Part shown: piece by piece, positions 62,639 through 64,000 of the stretch
Layout of the letters: every line of letters begins with the position of its first letter
How positions within the stretch are numbered: position 1 is the stretch's first letter
Source of the DNA: Lingula anatina
Lineage: Eukaryota > Animalia > Brachiopoda
Length of the DNA stretch: 64,000 bases
Assembly: GCA_051362555.1 (NCBI GenBank)
Contig: CM120648.1
Coordinates: 15,868,587 to 15,932,586, forward strand
Direction: 5' to 3'
Position numbers and translations under genes: made by a program
The notes under the pieces: generated by a model
Seen by the model: the letters and a program-made list of their open reading frames with translations, nothing else
Database searches by the model: none
Told to the model about the DNA's origin: nothing

Positions 62639-63712
62639 TTGGTACCAGTAGCAACAAGCTACCTATACCTTGGTCTCCTTTTCACAAGATCCGGCTCGCT
62701 AGCCCCTGCACAGCAAAATTTACATGACAGAGCACAAAAGGCCTTTTTCAGTCTCAAGCGCAATCTTCCTCTAGCTAGTACCATTCCCATCTCCTTAAAA
62801 GAAAAGCTGATTTCCCCAGTTGCAACATATGGAGCAGAAATATGGGGGTTCACTCCATTTAATGATAAATCACCAATAGAAAAAATACATCTTCAGTTTT
62901 GCAAGCAGCTTCTAGGGGTACATTCTAAGTCTTGGAATTATGCTGTCCGAGGAGAACTTGGGCGCCTACCAAGCTACACAAAAATCCAAATACAAGTTAT
63001 CAAATACTGGGTCAAAATTTTACACTTAGATGATGGTGTTCTACTAAAACGGGCATACTTAGATGAACTAAAACACTTTGATCTTTTGTCATATACTAAC
63101 CTTCACAACACACGCCATAGTATGTCATGGAGTGCAGGAGTAAAGAAAATTCTTGTAGAAAATGGGTTCGGAGACGTATGGGTCAAACAGAAAGTAGACA
63201 AAAACTTCATGAAAATTTTTAGTGTTAGACTTAGAGACAGTAGTATACAACTTTGGCATAGTAGGATATCACAAGAAAATCTCAAATTGAGAAGGTATAA
63301 AACCTTCAAACTTCATTTTGAGAAAGAAAAATATCTTGATATAATACAAGATAAAGAAAAACGTCAAACCCTAACCAAATTCAGAATCAGCAGCCGCAAT
63401 TTGCACACAGAAACAGGTCGCCACGTAAAGCGTAAGCCAACACCAGTCGAAGACAGAACATGCCAAATCTGCCACTCTGGAGTTATAGAGGATGAAGAGC
63501 ACTTTTTAATTACCTGCCCTCTGTATACAGAACACAGAAAAGAACTCTTTAAAATAATACAAAGCAGCCACACGTGCTTTGCACATTTAAACAACAAAGA
63601 TAAATTCCACTTTATAATGTGCAATCCAAACGAAACAGTGATAATTTCCTTGGCCAAATTCCTTAATCTTGCTTTTAACAAAAGAAACTGTGCTACATCC
63701 TCAACTTCCTGA
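62639..63712 (+). mobile_element. 5'-truncated non-LTR retrotransposon ORF2 C-terminus (RTE-X-like)
   Basis: Motifs YLYLG (end of the RT region), YGAEIWG, AVRGELGR, FRISS...ETGR and the zinc knuckle CQIC...EDEEHFLITCP. No YADD catalytic core is present. Confidence 0.85.
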
Positions 63713-63893
63713 TGTCTATCAATTATTACTATAAATACGAATATTTAGTTCACATAGTAGAAACATTGGTGCATTTCTATACATGTATTTTGGTGCTATT
63801 TATCTATGTATTTTACTATTACATTATCATTATTATTGCTGCTATAACCTTATCTATGTACATTTTCACAAGCTCAGTCTGGTGCAGAAAGTA

Positions 63894-63953
<60 letters not shown>

Positions 63954-64000
63954 GCAGATATTACATCATTTCCCGAGAATCCACATAAACTAGCTGTCAG

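Noticed and set aside
62639-63712. Host protein-coding gene
   Set aside because: The motifs are those of a non-LTR ORF2 C-terminus. It has a TTG start and lacks the RT core, consistent with 5' truncation.

Overview
AT-rich eukaryotic DNA, most likely from an invertebrate animal (GT-AG introns, microsatellites, DNA transposons, SINE, LINE). The centre (about 11.1-45.5 kb) is a tandem array of UNC-93/UNC93A-like MFS membrane-protein genes. I reconstructed six intact 4-exon copies by hand, with all splice phases consistent (five on the - strand, one on +). There is also one 5-exon copy with a nonsense codon and a unique extra intron, and two pseudogene halves either side of a segmental-duplication junction. 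The array shows birth-and-death evolution, paralog mosaicism, a conserved acidic-dileucine sorting motif and a fixed-spacing GATA+FOX upstream module. The flanks hold the 3' end of a Sola-like transposase, a 4.8-kb CACTG-terminated element, several MITEs, a Helentron-like dimer, a rearranged Tc1 remnant, a tRNA-derived SINE, a truncated non-LTR ORF2 and an unrecognised two-exon coiled-coil gene ending in a PY-NLS-like motif. All family assignments come from motifs recognised by eye; no searches were run.
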